Source: Podarcis pityusensis (taxonomy: Eukaryota). Taken from it: a stretch of 64,000 bases of DNA. Positions within the stretch are counted from its first letter, which is position 1; every line of letters begins with the position of its first letter. The notes under the pieces were generated by a model, which worked only from the letters and a program-made list of their open reading frames with translations, was not told the origin of the DNA and ran no database searches. Positions 50,317 through 61,952 of the stretch are shown here, in pieces. Position numbers and translations under genes: made by a program. The stretch lies in the NCBI GenBank assembly GCA_964106645.2, contig OZ078259.1. One strand, written 5' to 3'.

Positions 50317-50861
50317 AATAAAGAGACCACTGGGCCTTTTACATATTAAAACATAACATACATAATATAATTGGGGCTTTTTTTCAGCCATAACTCACTA
50401 GAACTCAGTTCTGTCACCTCTCAGTTGGATGCCATTGCCATTATAAGAAAACAAAGGAAGCATTCATAGTGAGTTCTGGCACCTCTTTTTCTAGAAAAAT
50501 AGCACTGAATATAATAATAGTAAAAGTGGGGGAGACAGCACCCATTCCATGCCACTTTCTCAGATGTCTCTGATGCAGGGATGCTACTGCAGGCAGTGGG
50601 AATCCTTAACAAACTACTAAGACTTATCTGCTGTAATGAAAAACCAGCAAAACCTTTCTCAAGGAACTGGAGGGGTTTGTCTAGGTACAGCCCCCTTCTT
50701 TCTCTCTGAACTACTGTGTAAGCTGTTTTCACTGTCCGATCCCACACCTGCAGTGTGGGAACAGAAACCTTGGCCTACACTGTGAGGTTGTAGGTCTCTT
50801 CCCCCCACTTTAAGCTGCAAGCAACTTTTCAACCTCGGAGTCCCACCATCAGCCCCTCGTG

Positions 50862-51276
50862 TAAAATTACAAAATCGTCCAGTAGCACCTTAGAGACCAA
50901 CTAAGTTTGATCTTGGTATAAGCTTTCGTATGCATGCACACTTTTTCAGATACACTGAAACAGAAGTCACCAGACCCTTATATATAGTGGGAGGATGGGG
51001 TGGGGTTTTCCTCAGAAGGGTAGTAGGATATGGGTGATTGACTCAATGGGTATGGTAAACCTGTGGCTGTTAACGACTGCAGTTAGTCCTACAGGAAAAA
51101 GCAAGGGATAGTATGCAGATGACCAAAAATAGCTTTAGCCAATGTAATGAGACAAGAATCCAATATCTCTATTCAGACCAGGTCTCTCCATAGTTTTCAG
51201 TTTAGTAACTGAATAGAGATATTGGATTCCTGTCTCATTACATATGCTAAAGCTATTTTTGGACATCTGCATACTA
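50862..51276 (-). mobile_element. Penelope-like element 3' remnant with inverted terminal segment
   Basis: Minus-strand TKLKTMERPGLNRDIGFLSHY (end of GIY-YIG region), pLTR-type hammerhead motif, 68-bp inverted repeat. Confidence 0.82.
50916..50953 (-). ncRNA. Degenerate minimal type-I hammerhead ribozyme of Penelope
   Basis: GTAT CTGAAAA A GTGTGCATGCATAC GAAA GCTT ATAC; core CUGANGA carries G8>A. Confidence 0.65.
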
Positions 51277-51339
51277 TGAGAGCTGTTCTCTCATGTTTGA
51301 AAACTGCGCCTGAAAGAGGAGCCTCTTTCCCCAAGGAGT

Positions 51340-52150
51340 TCCGCGGGAGTCCACTCGGGGTGGAGCTACCGGGTTGGGCGGGTTGGAAACGGCCCCCGAG
51401 GTTGCCTCTGTCAACCAGGCAATGATCCACTCTACAGCTTTCCTATCTCTATAGAAGAGCGTCGGGTAGTTCCGCGGCGGAGGCTGGGACTGCAGCTCCC
51501 GGTATCCCACGGGCGACGGGCTTCCTGCCCCTCCCCTCCCTTCTCTCCGCCCACATCCGGTCTCCTTTCCCGGCCGGCCGTTCGCATCCTTGCGTTCTCC
51601 CTGGGCGGCTTCCCGGCGGCGATGCGGCGATGTTCGTACAGGAGGACAAGATCTTCGCGGCGAAGGTGCTGCGGGTCCGCGTCTGCGCCCTGGACGGCAC
51701 CGAATGGCTGGAGGAGGTGCCCGAGGACGCGGCCGTGGAGCGGCTCAAAGAGCGCTGCCTCAAACGCGTGAGCGGAGGGGAGCAGAGGAGGGAGCGGAGG
51801 GGGGCGCTGAATGCGGGGCCTGGCCAGGGGTCCTTATGTGCTCGGAGCGGCCCCGATCCTGCTGGGTTCATCAGCGGGGGGGGGGGGGGGGAGGGAGGCT
51901 TTGCAGGGCCAGCGTTGAAGTGGCGGCTGGTAGACGCGCCCGCTTCCCCGCTTCATAGCTGTCAACGCTTCCCTTTTTTTAATTCCGAATAGGATTCCTC
52001 GCAAGAAAAGGGAGAAGTTGACAGCTATGCCCCGCTTGCAGTCGCAGTTGTTGCCTCGAGAAGCTGTCGGATCCGACCCTCGGCCCTCTGGGGTTGGGAG
52101 TCAGGGGTGCTGCTATGCCCCCTCCTCCGCGGGGCCTTCTGCAGGCGAAG
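51340..52150 (+). promoter_or_regulatory. CpG-island promoter of UBAC1
   Basis: Dense CpG/GC-rich block spanning the ATG exon; ZNF143-like ACTGCAGCTCCCGG near 51489. Confidence 0.8.
51630..51767 (+). CDS. UBAC1: UBAC1 (KPC2) coding exon 1 (UBL domain start)
   Basis: [46 protein letters not shown] in a CpG island; donor CGC|gtgagc. Confidence 0.96.
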
Positions 52151-52399
52151 CTGGTGTTCAGCTGCGGAATTCCAGCCTTCCCTACCTTGCGTTCACTTCC
52201 TTCTCTCCCAGGGTTTTTCTGACCGTTTGTGATTTTGCAGAACATAGGGGCTGGGTTTTGTTTTGTTTTGTTGTTGCGGCGATGTACCTTGGAAGCGTTT
52301 GGCCCAGGTGGAAAAGGCTTGCGTGCACACACACCCCATCCCCACCCCCAGTTTAGTAGTTTGATTCAGCTTCTGCTTCTTTTTACTTTCCCACCTCAG

Positions 52400-52520
52400 T
52401 GTGCACCCGGCAGCCTGGAGGATCCAAAATGTGTAACACACCATAAATTGATACATGCAGCTTCAGAAAAGGTGCTGACCGACACAAAAACGGTCCTGGA
52501 GGAAAATATTCAAGACCAAG
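52400..52520 (+). CDS. UBAC1: UBAC1 exon 2
   Basis: cctcag|TGT...CAAG|gtaagg; [40 protein letters not shown]. Confidence 0.96.
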
Positions 52521-53091
52521 GTAAGGGAGTGTTGTGATAAGTAACACCCCAGGGAGTATCCAGATACCCAGAATGTGCAATTAGTCTTAAGCAATGGGCA
52601 GAAGTGTGCCCATCTGAATTGCTGTCTGGAGGACAACTTTCAGCTTCTTAAGCACTCAGGACACTGAGGGGAATGTGACTGTATCATTTACTGCCATATG
52701 CTGTCCTCAGAAATAGTATTAAAGTCATTACTCTGCAGGCAGCCCCCCGTTTATGCACGTTCAATATGTGAACAATTGTGTATACGTGCATCATGCTGAA
52801 GCCAGAAGTGACCTGGAAGCATCATGAAAAAATCACTGAAGCATCACTAAAAGGGGGAACAGGGTGTTGCAGGCTTTTCAATGGGTTTCAATTATACGCG
52901 ATTTCACTGACGTATGCTGTGCCTCAGAACACCCATATAAATGGGGGCCTGTATTTCATTTCTCCTTGTGGACTCATCTTCTACTGGTGGGGACATAACA
53001 CAGCAGAATACTTTATCTTCCCATACCCCCTTTGCAGAAAATGTGCAAGGAAGGCTTGTTCTCTGACTCCAGACAATTCTTCTCTCTCTAG

Positions 53092-53165
53092 ATGTTTTAG
53101 TGCTAGTCAAGAAAAGAGCTCCACCTGCCCCTCCAAAAATGGTGGACATTTCTGCAGAGGAAAAA
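53092..53165 (+). CDS. UBAC1: UBAC1 exon 3
   Basis: ctctag|AT...AAA|gtgagt; DVLVLVKKRAPPAPPKMVDISAEEK. Confidence 0.94.
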
Positions 53166-54066
53166 GTGAGTCCAGGGGCCTTGTGGGGTGGCTTCTTCTG
53201 GCCTTTGCCTTGACAAGTTGTAGAAAGATACCTGTGGCTCATCTGGCTTGGATTTCAGGAGAGAGCCCATCTTGTCAGCTTGTAGGAGTATTTCTGCTTC
53301 TTTCTTTGCATCCTTTAAGGCACAGTCTGCCTGTGTTTACCCTGTGAGTCTCTCTGTGAAAAAACAGCCAGCATGGGAGCTACCCAAAGCCAGTGCAGAG
53401 CAGATCTCCCAGGGCACTGGGAGAAATTTTAAGAGTCAGGTTTACGAAGTAGAGCTGTGTGGCTGATTGTGTGCATGTTGGGCGGCAAAGGCAGATCTGG
53501 GCAGCAGGTGGGAAGCAGCTGCTCTCTCTCCCCCCCCCCCCCCAGCCGGCTTTGAGCTCTATGTCCCTGCAGCCTATTTTGGGCGGTGTGTGCTGATCAT
53601 TCAAGATCTCCTAGGTTCTATATTTAGCTGCTTGCTGGCAGCCTTCCTATCCTTAATTGATAAGCAGGGTGTCTGTATGTCCCCAAGAGAGCAGTTATCA
53701 ATGCACACATCTTGTAAGGCATTTTTTTAAAGGGCCAGGGGATATTTTTTCTCCCAACATTTTTGTGGAAGAGATGAAAAGAACTGCAAGGCAAGAGGCA
53801 TGACTAGCTGGCCAACAAAATGTGCATGTAGGGTGGTTGGGAAAGGGTGGCTGTTGCATCGTCCCCCCACCTGGTGGGCACCATTGGCAGAGAGTGAGAG
53901 GGTGCTTCCCTAAAGGATCTAGAAAGGCTCCTCAAGAAATGAAACCCTCATTATAAGAGGAATGGGCATTTCCTTTCTGGAGGAGCTGGTTCTTGTCTCA
54001 TTGATGCCTGCTTCTTTGAAGGAGATTGCTGCACTATGCAGACAGCATATTTCACTTCTCTTTTAG

Positions 54067-54174
54067 CGGAAACAGGAACAGAAGGCACCTGACAAGGAGG
54101 CAATTCTGAAGGCAACCACCAGCCTCCCGTCCCACAGTGTGGACCGCAGTGTGGCTCACCACAGTATGAGGGAT
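54067..54174 (+). CDS. UBAC1: UBAC1 exon 4
   Basis: ttttag|CGG...GAT|gtgagt; RKQEQKAPDKEAILKATTSLPSHSVDRSVAHHSMRD. Confidence 0.94.
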
Positions 54175-54597
54175 GTGAGTACTCTGCTTCTCTTCTGGGC
54201 TGCTACAGTCTGGGGCCCATCAGCTCTGCTCAGCGATCTCTAGCAGTCACTACTCTGCTGGCTAGGGATGCAGGTGGTGCTGTGGTCTATACCACTGAGC
54301 CTCTTGGGCTTATTGATTGTAAGGTTGGCAGGGGTGAGCTCCTGTTGCTCTGTCCCAGCTCCTGTCAACCTAGCAGTTTGAAAGCATACCAGCACAAGTA
54401 GATCAGTTGGTACCACTGTGGCAGGAAGGTATACTTGTCAGAGTGTTTCATGCACCAGAAGTGGTTAAGTCTTGCCACATGATCCGGACGATGCAATTAA
54501 AGGAATTAAGGTGGGGAGCAAAGCCTATAAATTGAAAGCATTCACAGATGATCTAGTAATCACGGTGGAAGATCCGATAGTTTTGTTATCGGAAGTA

Positions 54598-54816
54598 CAG
54601 TGATACCTCGGGTTACAAACGCATTGGGTTACAGACTCCGCTAACCTGGAAGTAGTGCTTCCGGTTAAGAACTTTACCTCAGGATGAGAACAGAAATTGC
54701 GTGGTGGCAGCAGTGGGAGGCCCCATTAGCTAAAGTGGTACCTCAGGTTAAGAACGGTTTCAGGTTAAAAATGGACCTCCCGAACGAATTTAAGTTCATA
54801 ACCAGAGGTACCACTG
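54598..54816. mobile_element. Tc1/mariner MITE family A
   Basis: TIRs CAGTGATACCTC / GAGGTACCACTG, TA TSD. Confidence 0.9.
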
Positions 54817-55122
54817 TATTGAGGAAAATAAAAAAAAATCGACCTAGTATCAGGTTTTAAATTAAATAAACAAAAACAAAACGTATAGTTAAAAATGTCT
54901 CAGGACAAGATAAAATTAAGATAGAAGAGAAGGCAGGTATAAATATTCATAAAAGAGTGAATTCTTTAGGAATTTGGCCAACAGGAAAAATATAAATATA
55001 ATTAAAGATAACTATGAAAAAACATGGAAAGAGATAAAGAGGAATTTAGAGATTTGGATAAGAATAAATATGTCATTGATAGGAAGAATATCATTGATAA
55101 AAATGAATGTGATAATAGAGTA

Positions 55123-55338
55123 CAGTGGTACCTCAGGTTAAGTACTTAATTCATTCTGGAGGTCTGTTCTTAACTTGAAACTGTTCTTAACCTAAAGCAC
55201 TACTTTAGCTAATGGGGCCTCCTGCTGCCGCTGCGCCGCTTTCTGTTCTCATCCTGAAGCAAAGTTCTTAACCTGAAGCACTATTTCTGGGTTAGTGGAG
55301 TCTGTAACCTGAAGCGTATGTAACCTGAGGTACCACTG
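55123..55338. mobile_element. Tc1/mariner MITE family A, reverse orientation
   Basis: TIRs CAGTGGTACCTCAGGTTA / TAACCTGAGGTACCACTG, TA TSD. Confidence 0.9.
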
Positions 55339-56660
55339 TATTGTCAAGAGTATGTAGCTTGTTGCTTGAATGGGATACTAAGGATGAAGACGTCAAATGT
55401 GTAGTGATAAAGTGGGCCAAAGACATGGGACATAATATCCAAATGTCAGATTGGAAAAAATTGTGGGGAAATGATTTGAAATTTACAGCTTGTACATTGT
55501 TAAAAGAAAATTATATGAAAATGATGTATAGGTGGTATTTAACGCCAGTAAAATTATCATAAATGTACAAATAAGAAGAAATGAAATGTTGGAAATGTAA
55601 AGAGGTAGATGGTACATTTTATCATGTGTGGTGGCAATGCAAAGTTATAAAGAATTTTTGGGAAAGGATATATAATGAATTGAAAAAAATGCTTAAAATA
55701 ACTTTTGTTAAAAAGCCAGAAGCCTTTTTATTAAGAATAACAGCAAGGGGAATACCCCAAAAATATAAAAATCTATTTATGTATGCAACCACAGCCACAC
55801 GAAAATTGATAACCAAATGCTGGAAAGAGGAAAAAATTTTCACGAAGAAAGATGGGCAAATTAAGTTGATGGAATATACAGAGGTGGCAAAATTAACAGG
55901 AAGACTCAGAAATCAGGATGATAACAAATTTAACAATGAATGGGAATTATTATTATTTTTGCATATATGTCAAAGCATTGTATACAAGTTGATACATCAG
56001 GATTTGAAAAACATTTGCAGTATTATGATGATAGATAAGAATTAGATATATACAGATGGAAAATATGACCTGGACATGCTTGATATAACCAAAAATAATG
56101 GAGCCATGGAGAGGGGAGAGGGAAGTCACAGGATGGGAAAATTCCCACATTGTGATATTGTATCAATGTTTATTTTATATGATGTTCATTATGGAAAAAC
56201 TACTTTAAAATTTTATTTTTTAAAAAAGAGACGAGCACCATACCCCATAGTCGATTTCAACTGGACTTAACTGTCCAGGGGTCCTTTACCTTTACTCTGT
56301 TGGCTATGAGCACCCAGGGACAGCTGCTCCCTCCTGCCCTTCAGGGGCCCAGTTTACAAATTATGGTTCTGTTTAGCCATCATTAAAAATAAGTGATGGT
56401 TCACTGCAAAGTAGTTGCATGCTTCTGTACTAATGAATCCTCGCTGGGTCCCTACACTGCTTCCTGTTAGTGCTACATCAGGGCATAAACAAAGCTGAGT
56501 CTGGCTCCCATCTTGCTGGAGTCAGGGCAGCAGAAAAGGTACCCAGTCCAGACAGCACTGGATTCTAGCTATGGCTGCCTGTCTGTCAGTGTCATGTGTG
56601 GAAGGTTGGCTGCTTTTGAATCTCATACCAAAAGGTATTCTCCACCCCTGTGTTAAGCCA

Positions 56661-57555
56661 TTATTTATTTATTTATTTATTTATTTAGTTATTTATTTAT
56701 TTTTACTATATACTACAAAAAAAGAAATAGAAAAAAAGAAATAGAAACAATACATAACCATACATAAAAACAATTTGTCTACACAATTTTCCAGAATGCA
56801 GACTAGAAAAGAAGAAAGACAAAAGATAAAAGAAAGAAACAAGAAAAAAATGAAGAGAAAAAATACTTTTCATAATCAATTATTCCAAATTCATACTTCA
56901 AACATTACAATATTTAAATCCTAGTTAAAATATTATAAAAGACTTCCACCGCATTCACCACACGTCTCTTGGTTATCTAATTCACCTTTACATCTGTTCT
57001 TCAGTCCCTTCCTTTCCTTAAATTCTTTCGGAGTCCATCTAATCTTTGTATTCTCTGTATTCTTCACAAGGTTAGTCTAAGCACAACCAAACTTTCGTGT
57101 TTGATGCCTGTTTGTGTAAATATTCATTTAAGCATTCCCATTGTTTCTGTACCATAGTTTTAGATTTATGCCTTATTATATCCGTCAATTTTGCTAACTC
57201 CAGATACTCACATAGTTTACTTAACCATTCCTTTTTTTGTTGGGATGTTATTTACTTTCCAGTAACTGGCCACCAACATTCTCGCTGCTGTTGTTGCATA
57301 TAGGAATATGTTAATTTTATCTTTGGGGATATCTTTACTCAAAATTCCTAATAAGTATGTTTCTGCCCTTTTGTTATATGAAACCTTTATTATTTTTTTA
57401 ATTTCTTCATGGATTGTTTCCCAAAATTTTTTGATCTCTGAACATGTCCACCACATATGGTATAGAGTGCCCTTCATCTTATTGCATCTCCAACATTTAT
57501 TACTAATCAATCTATTCATTTTTGCAAGTCTGTCTGGTGCCATATACCATCATTT
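56661..57555 (-). mobile_element. L1-clade LINE 3' fragment
   Basis: Minus-strand KCWRCNKMKGTLYHMWWTC zinc knuckle; (TAAA)n tail at 56661-56704. Confidence 0.85.
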
Positions 57556-58007
57556 TTAACTATGGTTGAATGTCACTAGCAAACCAGGCCAGTGATTTGG
57601 CATCCTCCTTTTCTTGATGGAACTAATAACTTATGTGTGTTGGAAAGCAATCAGGTTCATAAGATGTTGTGATCTGATTGACTTTTTGCAAGATTTCATG
57701 GATGGTGCTTTTCTAGTATTAGCGTAATATGAGTGTATTCTTAAGCTGCACCTCTTTCCCCGAGCCTTTGACACCTGAGCCCCACAGTGTTTTTCTGATT
57801 TGAACATTGTATTGTTATTTTATTGTAACCTACCTATAAACCTTATGGTGAAAAAAAGGTGTTTAAGAAACCCCCCATACCTTCCTCACCCCCTTCATTC
57901 TGCTCAGTACTCTTTGCCCTCCCTCGCTCCTGGCACAGGAACAAGGGCGGAAGGTGCATGCCTGACAAGTGACCTACAAAATGCCTTGACTGCCTTCCCT
58001 CTTTCAG

Positions 58008-58110
58008 TTCCAGACGGAGCTTCGGAAGATCTTGGTTTCTCTCATAGAAGTTGCCCAGAAGCTGCTAGCTTTGAACCCAGATGCAGTTGAGCTCTTTAAG
58101 AAAGCAAATG
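58008..58110 (+). CDS. UBAC1: UBAC1 exon 5
   Basis: tttcag|TTC...AATG|gtacga; [34 protein letters not shown]. Confidence 0.96.
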
Positions 58111-58385
58111 GTACGATGGGGTGTTTTCTGACCTTCTTCCTAGGACTTACATCCTGAGGTGTGTTTGGTCCACTGGTCATACAGAGGGGCTGACATGGCT
58201 CCTGCCATGGACTGCAAGCACTGTTTTGGAGATTAGGAAGGTCTGGGGAAGTTTAAGCGTGGTGGGGAGCAAGTGCCCCCCGGCTTTCGTGAGTAGAGAT
58301 CGATGCTCCAAGCACACATGGACCTGCTTTTCCGCAGCACTGGTAGAGCTGAGGTGTGAACTGACCTTGCCATTCTTGTCCCTAG

Positions 58386-58494
58386 CCATGCTGGATGAAG
58401 ATGAGGACGACCGAGTGGATGAGATTGCCTTGCGCCAACTGACAGAAATGGGCTTCCCAGAAAGCAGAGCGGTCAAAGCTCTTCGCTTGAACCA
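58386..58494 (+). CDS. UBAC1: UBAC1 exon 6 (UBA1)
   Basis: ccctag|CC...AACCA|gtaggt; [36 protein letters not shown] with UBA MGF motif. Confidence 0.96.
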
Positions 58495-58567
58495 GTAGGT
58501 GTCCCTGGCAATTGAGCCTCCCCTTGAGATGGGTCCCCGCCCCCCACAGAAGACTGTAAGTGAAGAC

Positions 58568-59030
58568 TCATAGAATTGTAGAGCTGGAAGGAACCCTGAG
58601 GGCCATCTAGTCCAACCCCCTGCAATGCAGGAATCTCAACTAAAGCACTGATGGCAGATGTCCATCCAGCCTCTGCTTAAAAACCTCCAAGGAAGGAGAG
58701 TCCACCACCTTCCAAGGGAGTCCATTCCACTGTTGAACAGTTCTTACTGTCAGAAAAGTTCTTCCCAGTGTTTAGTTGGAATCTCCTTTCTTGTAACTTG
58801 AATCCATTAGTTCGGAACCTACTCTCCAAAGCAGGAGAAAGCAAGCTTGCCCCGTCTTCCATGGGACAACCTTTGAGATATTTGAAGATAGCTATCATAT
58901 CTCCTCTCATTGTCCTCTTATTGTCCTCTTCTCCTGGCTAAACATACTCAATTCCCTCAACTATTAAGACTTGGTTTCCATATCCTTGATTATTTTGGTT
59001 GCCCTCCTCTACACACCTTCCAGCTTGTTC
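58568..59030 (-). mobile_element. CR1 LINE 3' fragment
   Basis: Minus-strand RGDMIAIFKYLKG..RTNGFKLQERRF typical of CR1 ORF2 end, plus CR1 tail; shorter tails near 520, 4765, 7650, 8170, 44265, 47095, 49155, 59800. Confidence 0.88.
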
Positions 59031-60125
59031 ATATCCACAGCACTCATTGAAATTAACCAACATGACAACAGGAGCTATAACCCTTTATATTGAACTTGTG
59101 CTTCGCTTCTGAGGATGAGCTGTTCCCTTTATTAAGCATTATATATATATATTAAGTGATGGTCTGATGACTTGATACCAGTAAATGAATCCGAATTGGA
59201 GAGGCTCCTTCTCCCATGATTGCATTGCTATTTGGGAATGCTATGTATAGGTATGCTTATTTTTTTTAAAAAAAGAAAGGTTCCAGGGAGAGCCACCATG
59301 TGATTTCTCTCCCTGTTCCCTTTCCAACATATTCCCCAAGCATATTATAGGTTTTATGAGCCAGGGGAATGGCAGGGGGCTGTTGCTGGTAGACAGAACT
59401 GCAAGTGAGTGTGAAGAGATGGTTGGCTGCCTGTTTTCAAGTGACAGGAGCAAGTAGAGTTGGCCACTTGCTGCCTCTTCAGTTTTGTGAATACACAGAA
59501 TATACAGAAGTTGTAGCTTTCTGCTGCTCTTGAGGGAATTGGTGGTGAATGGTGAATGCTCGAGCTTAGAATGGGAGGCCCAGCCAAGTTTCCAGGCTGA
59601 ATTAGCCAGTTGGCGTTGAGTTCTGTGAGCACTTGCCATAGTTCCTGCCCCTCTATGGCTTGCTAAAGGTCCCCAGCAACACCCAGGTCTCTGTGTTCCA
59701 GGTGTGCAGTTCCACAGAGTTTCAGCTGTCCTTCATTTCCTCCAGCTTGTTTCTGGTGCACACGCATAATGCTCTTTCTCTCCCAGGCTCTCTTGTCTCA
59801 TAGAATCATAAAACTGTAGAGTTGGAAGGGACCCTGTGGGTCATCCAGCCCAACCCCTTCAGTGCAGGAAGCTCAGCTAAAGCCACCCAACCTCTGCTTA
59901 AAAACCTCCAGTGAAGGAGAGCTCACCACTTTGCAAGGGAGTCCGTTCCACTGAAGTACAAAAGTGTGGCTGGTAGTCACTGTGGTTTGCAGGGCCACTG
60001 GCAAAAGTGGCAGGAGCCAAAGTCCACTGAGAATCGGCAAAGGGTAAACCCCCACCCCCACCCCAGTTTGTTTCTGCCCCAATGTAGTTGGTGCTGCTTC
60101 CTTACTTGTCAACTTTTTCACCCAG

Positions 60126-60363
60126 CATGTCTGTGACGCAGGCCATGGAGTGGCTGATTGAACACTCGGATGACCCCACCGTTGATGCCCCCCTGCCAGG
60201 TCAGTTCTCTCTGGAAAATGCCTCAGTGGAAGGAGTGGCAGCCCCCCCTGCCCAGGCGCTCGAGGGGCCCAATCAAGAAGTCGGGAGAGAAGAGCCAAAA
60301 GATGAGCTGACAGAAATATTCAAGAAGATCCGCAGGAAAAGAGAGTTCCGGCCTGATCCGCGG
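60126..60363 (+). CDS. UBAC1: UBAC1 exon 7
   Basis: acccag|C...CGG|gtatgc; HMSVTQAMEWLIEHSDDPTVDAPLPG...DELTEIFKKIRRKREFRPDPR. Confidence 0.96.
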
Positions 60364-60949
60364 GTATGCTTTCTGTATGTGCACATGTGTTCTTTTGGAT
60401 TTTGGTGTGAGAGTCTGCTGATGCCACTGGAAATGGTCCATAAATTCTCAGTCCACAGTGTGTCAGATTCCCAAAATGGACATTTGATTCTATACAGTGG
60501 TGGTATTTTGTGGTAACTGCTTTTTTAATCTGAAAGCTGTGGCCGTCTGTTTTTTCCCCAAAAGCCAACATGATAAAAATGCTTTTGGGTAGGATGGTAA
60601 CCATTTAGAAATTCTTCAGCTTCCCAGCTTGTCCCCTGGGCTGTTGCAGGCATCTCTAGTGCTGCTGCTGTCAAAACACCCACTTCAAATTTTCCAGCAC
60701 TGACACCAAAAGGGCCCAATCTAGCCTGTGATATATTTTTGCATCTCTTGCATCTCAGAGCGTGGTGACAAGTGGGGCTCATCAAAATCAATGCATACTC
60801 TTTTACAGACAGGCTTGTGTTTTACAATCTCCTTGCTCCTAGAAACTTGGCCTCTCTCCTCCTCTTCTGCCACGTACTTGGGTATGTTGTAGACCTTTGG
60901 AAGGGCTTTGCCCTTGTCCCTGACATAAGCTCTGTGGTTCTGCTTTCAG

Positions 60950-61036
60950 GCTGTCATTGCCTTGATGGAGATGGGCTTTGATGAGAGAGAGGTGGTGGAT
61001 GCCCTCCGAGTGAACAACAACCAGCAGAACGCAGCA
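60950..61036 (+). CDS. UBAC1: UBAC1 exon 8 (UBA2)
   Basis: tttcag|GCT...GCA|gtgagt; [29 protein letters not shown]. Confidence 0.96.
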
Positions 61037-61952
61037 GTGAGTACCTGTACCATCATGCCTGGGGGCTCTGCCTGTTCTCTTTTGCCTCCCAAACCATCAC
61101 ATGCACCTTGTGGGTGCCTTTGGGTGATGAGCCTCATGATGTGGGTGAATTCTTTCAAGGTCCCTTCTGTGGGGAACGTTTAGCGGATGGCATGGCTTTT
61201 TCCTAGATGCACCAAGAATGGATCCTTGCATTTGAGATTTTGGTGGAGATGCATGTAATTCTCCCTCTTTAAAAACCCTGGGCCACCCCAGTGCAATTGA
61301 ATTGGCACAATCCTTGATCCTTGCCATGAAATGCAGTAATTCCTGCTTAGTGGAGAATTTTATAAAGCTGCAGCTTATTTCAGCTCATCCTGTTAGGACT
61401 CCTTTGGGCTTGGGAGTTGGAAGCCACATGTGAGGAGCTAGTGTTAAGCGGGATAGCACATGGAAGTTGTACTTTGCAGTGGGTGGCAAATGCCAAGCCT
61501 TATACTGGAAAGGACCATTGCTGGGCTGGGGTGGTAGTAGTAGAGAGGGGTTAGAGCAGGTAGCCTGCTTCTGTGTGAAATCTCCATTGGCTTCCTTGGA
61601 GCTTGTGTTCGTCTGCCATGCTCTTGTTTCCCTCATCAGAAAACAAATGTTGTTAGAAGATGGATGCTCTGTAAAAGCAAGCGAGGAGTGAGGCTGTTGC
61701 ACTGGGGGGCTTTTCTTTTTTTCATCTGGCCACCGGATTCTCTAGAAAATGCTTGCAAAGCAGGTCTGTGTAGCAGGAGAAATTGTCTCCTTCCTGGGTG
61801 AGCTTCTGCTGCTTTCAGGTAATCTCTTAAGAAACTTTGTCTGTGTCTGAATTGTAACCCTTGTTTTTGTGCAGAAACTGTACTAAGACTTCCAAACTAA
61901 GCATTAAAAAGCAGAGCCATGCGTGAATTGTGTTTACAGGGAAAGGGAAGTA

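Larger units (their letters stand above)
54489..56227 (+). mobile_element. L1-clade LINE ORF2 fragment, internally deleted, carrying two MITEs
   Basis: IKGIKVGSKAYKLKAFTDDLVI (RT catalytic DD), GRISLIKMNV, CWKC..GTFYHVWWQC zinc knuckle. Confidence 0.88.
54265..56292 (+). mobile_element. Sauria SINE split by an L1 insertion (SINE parts 54265-54488 and 56228-56292)
   Basis: Both parts match 43812-44160; 14-bp TSD tactctgctggcta/tactctgttggcta (54251-54264, 56293-56306). Confidence 0.85.
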
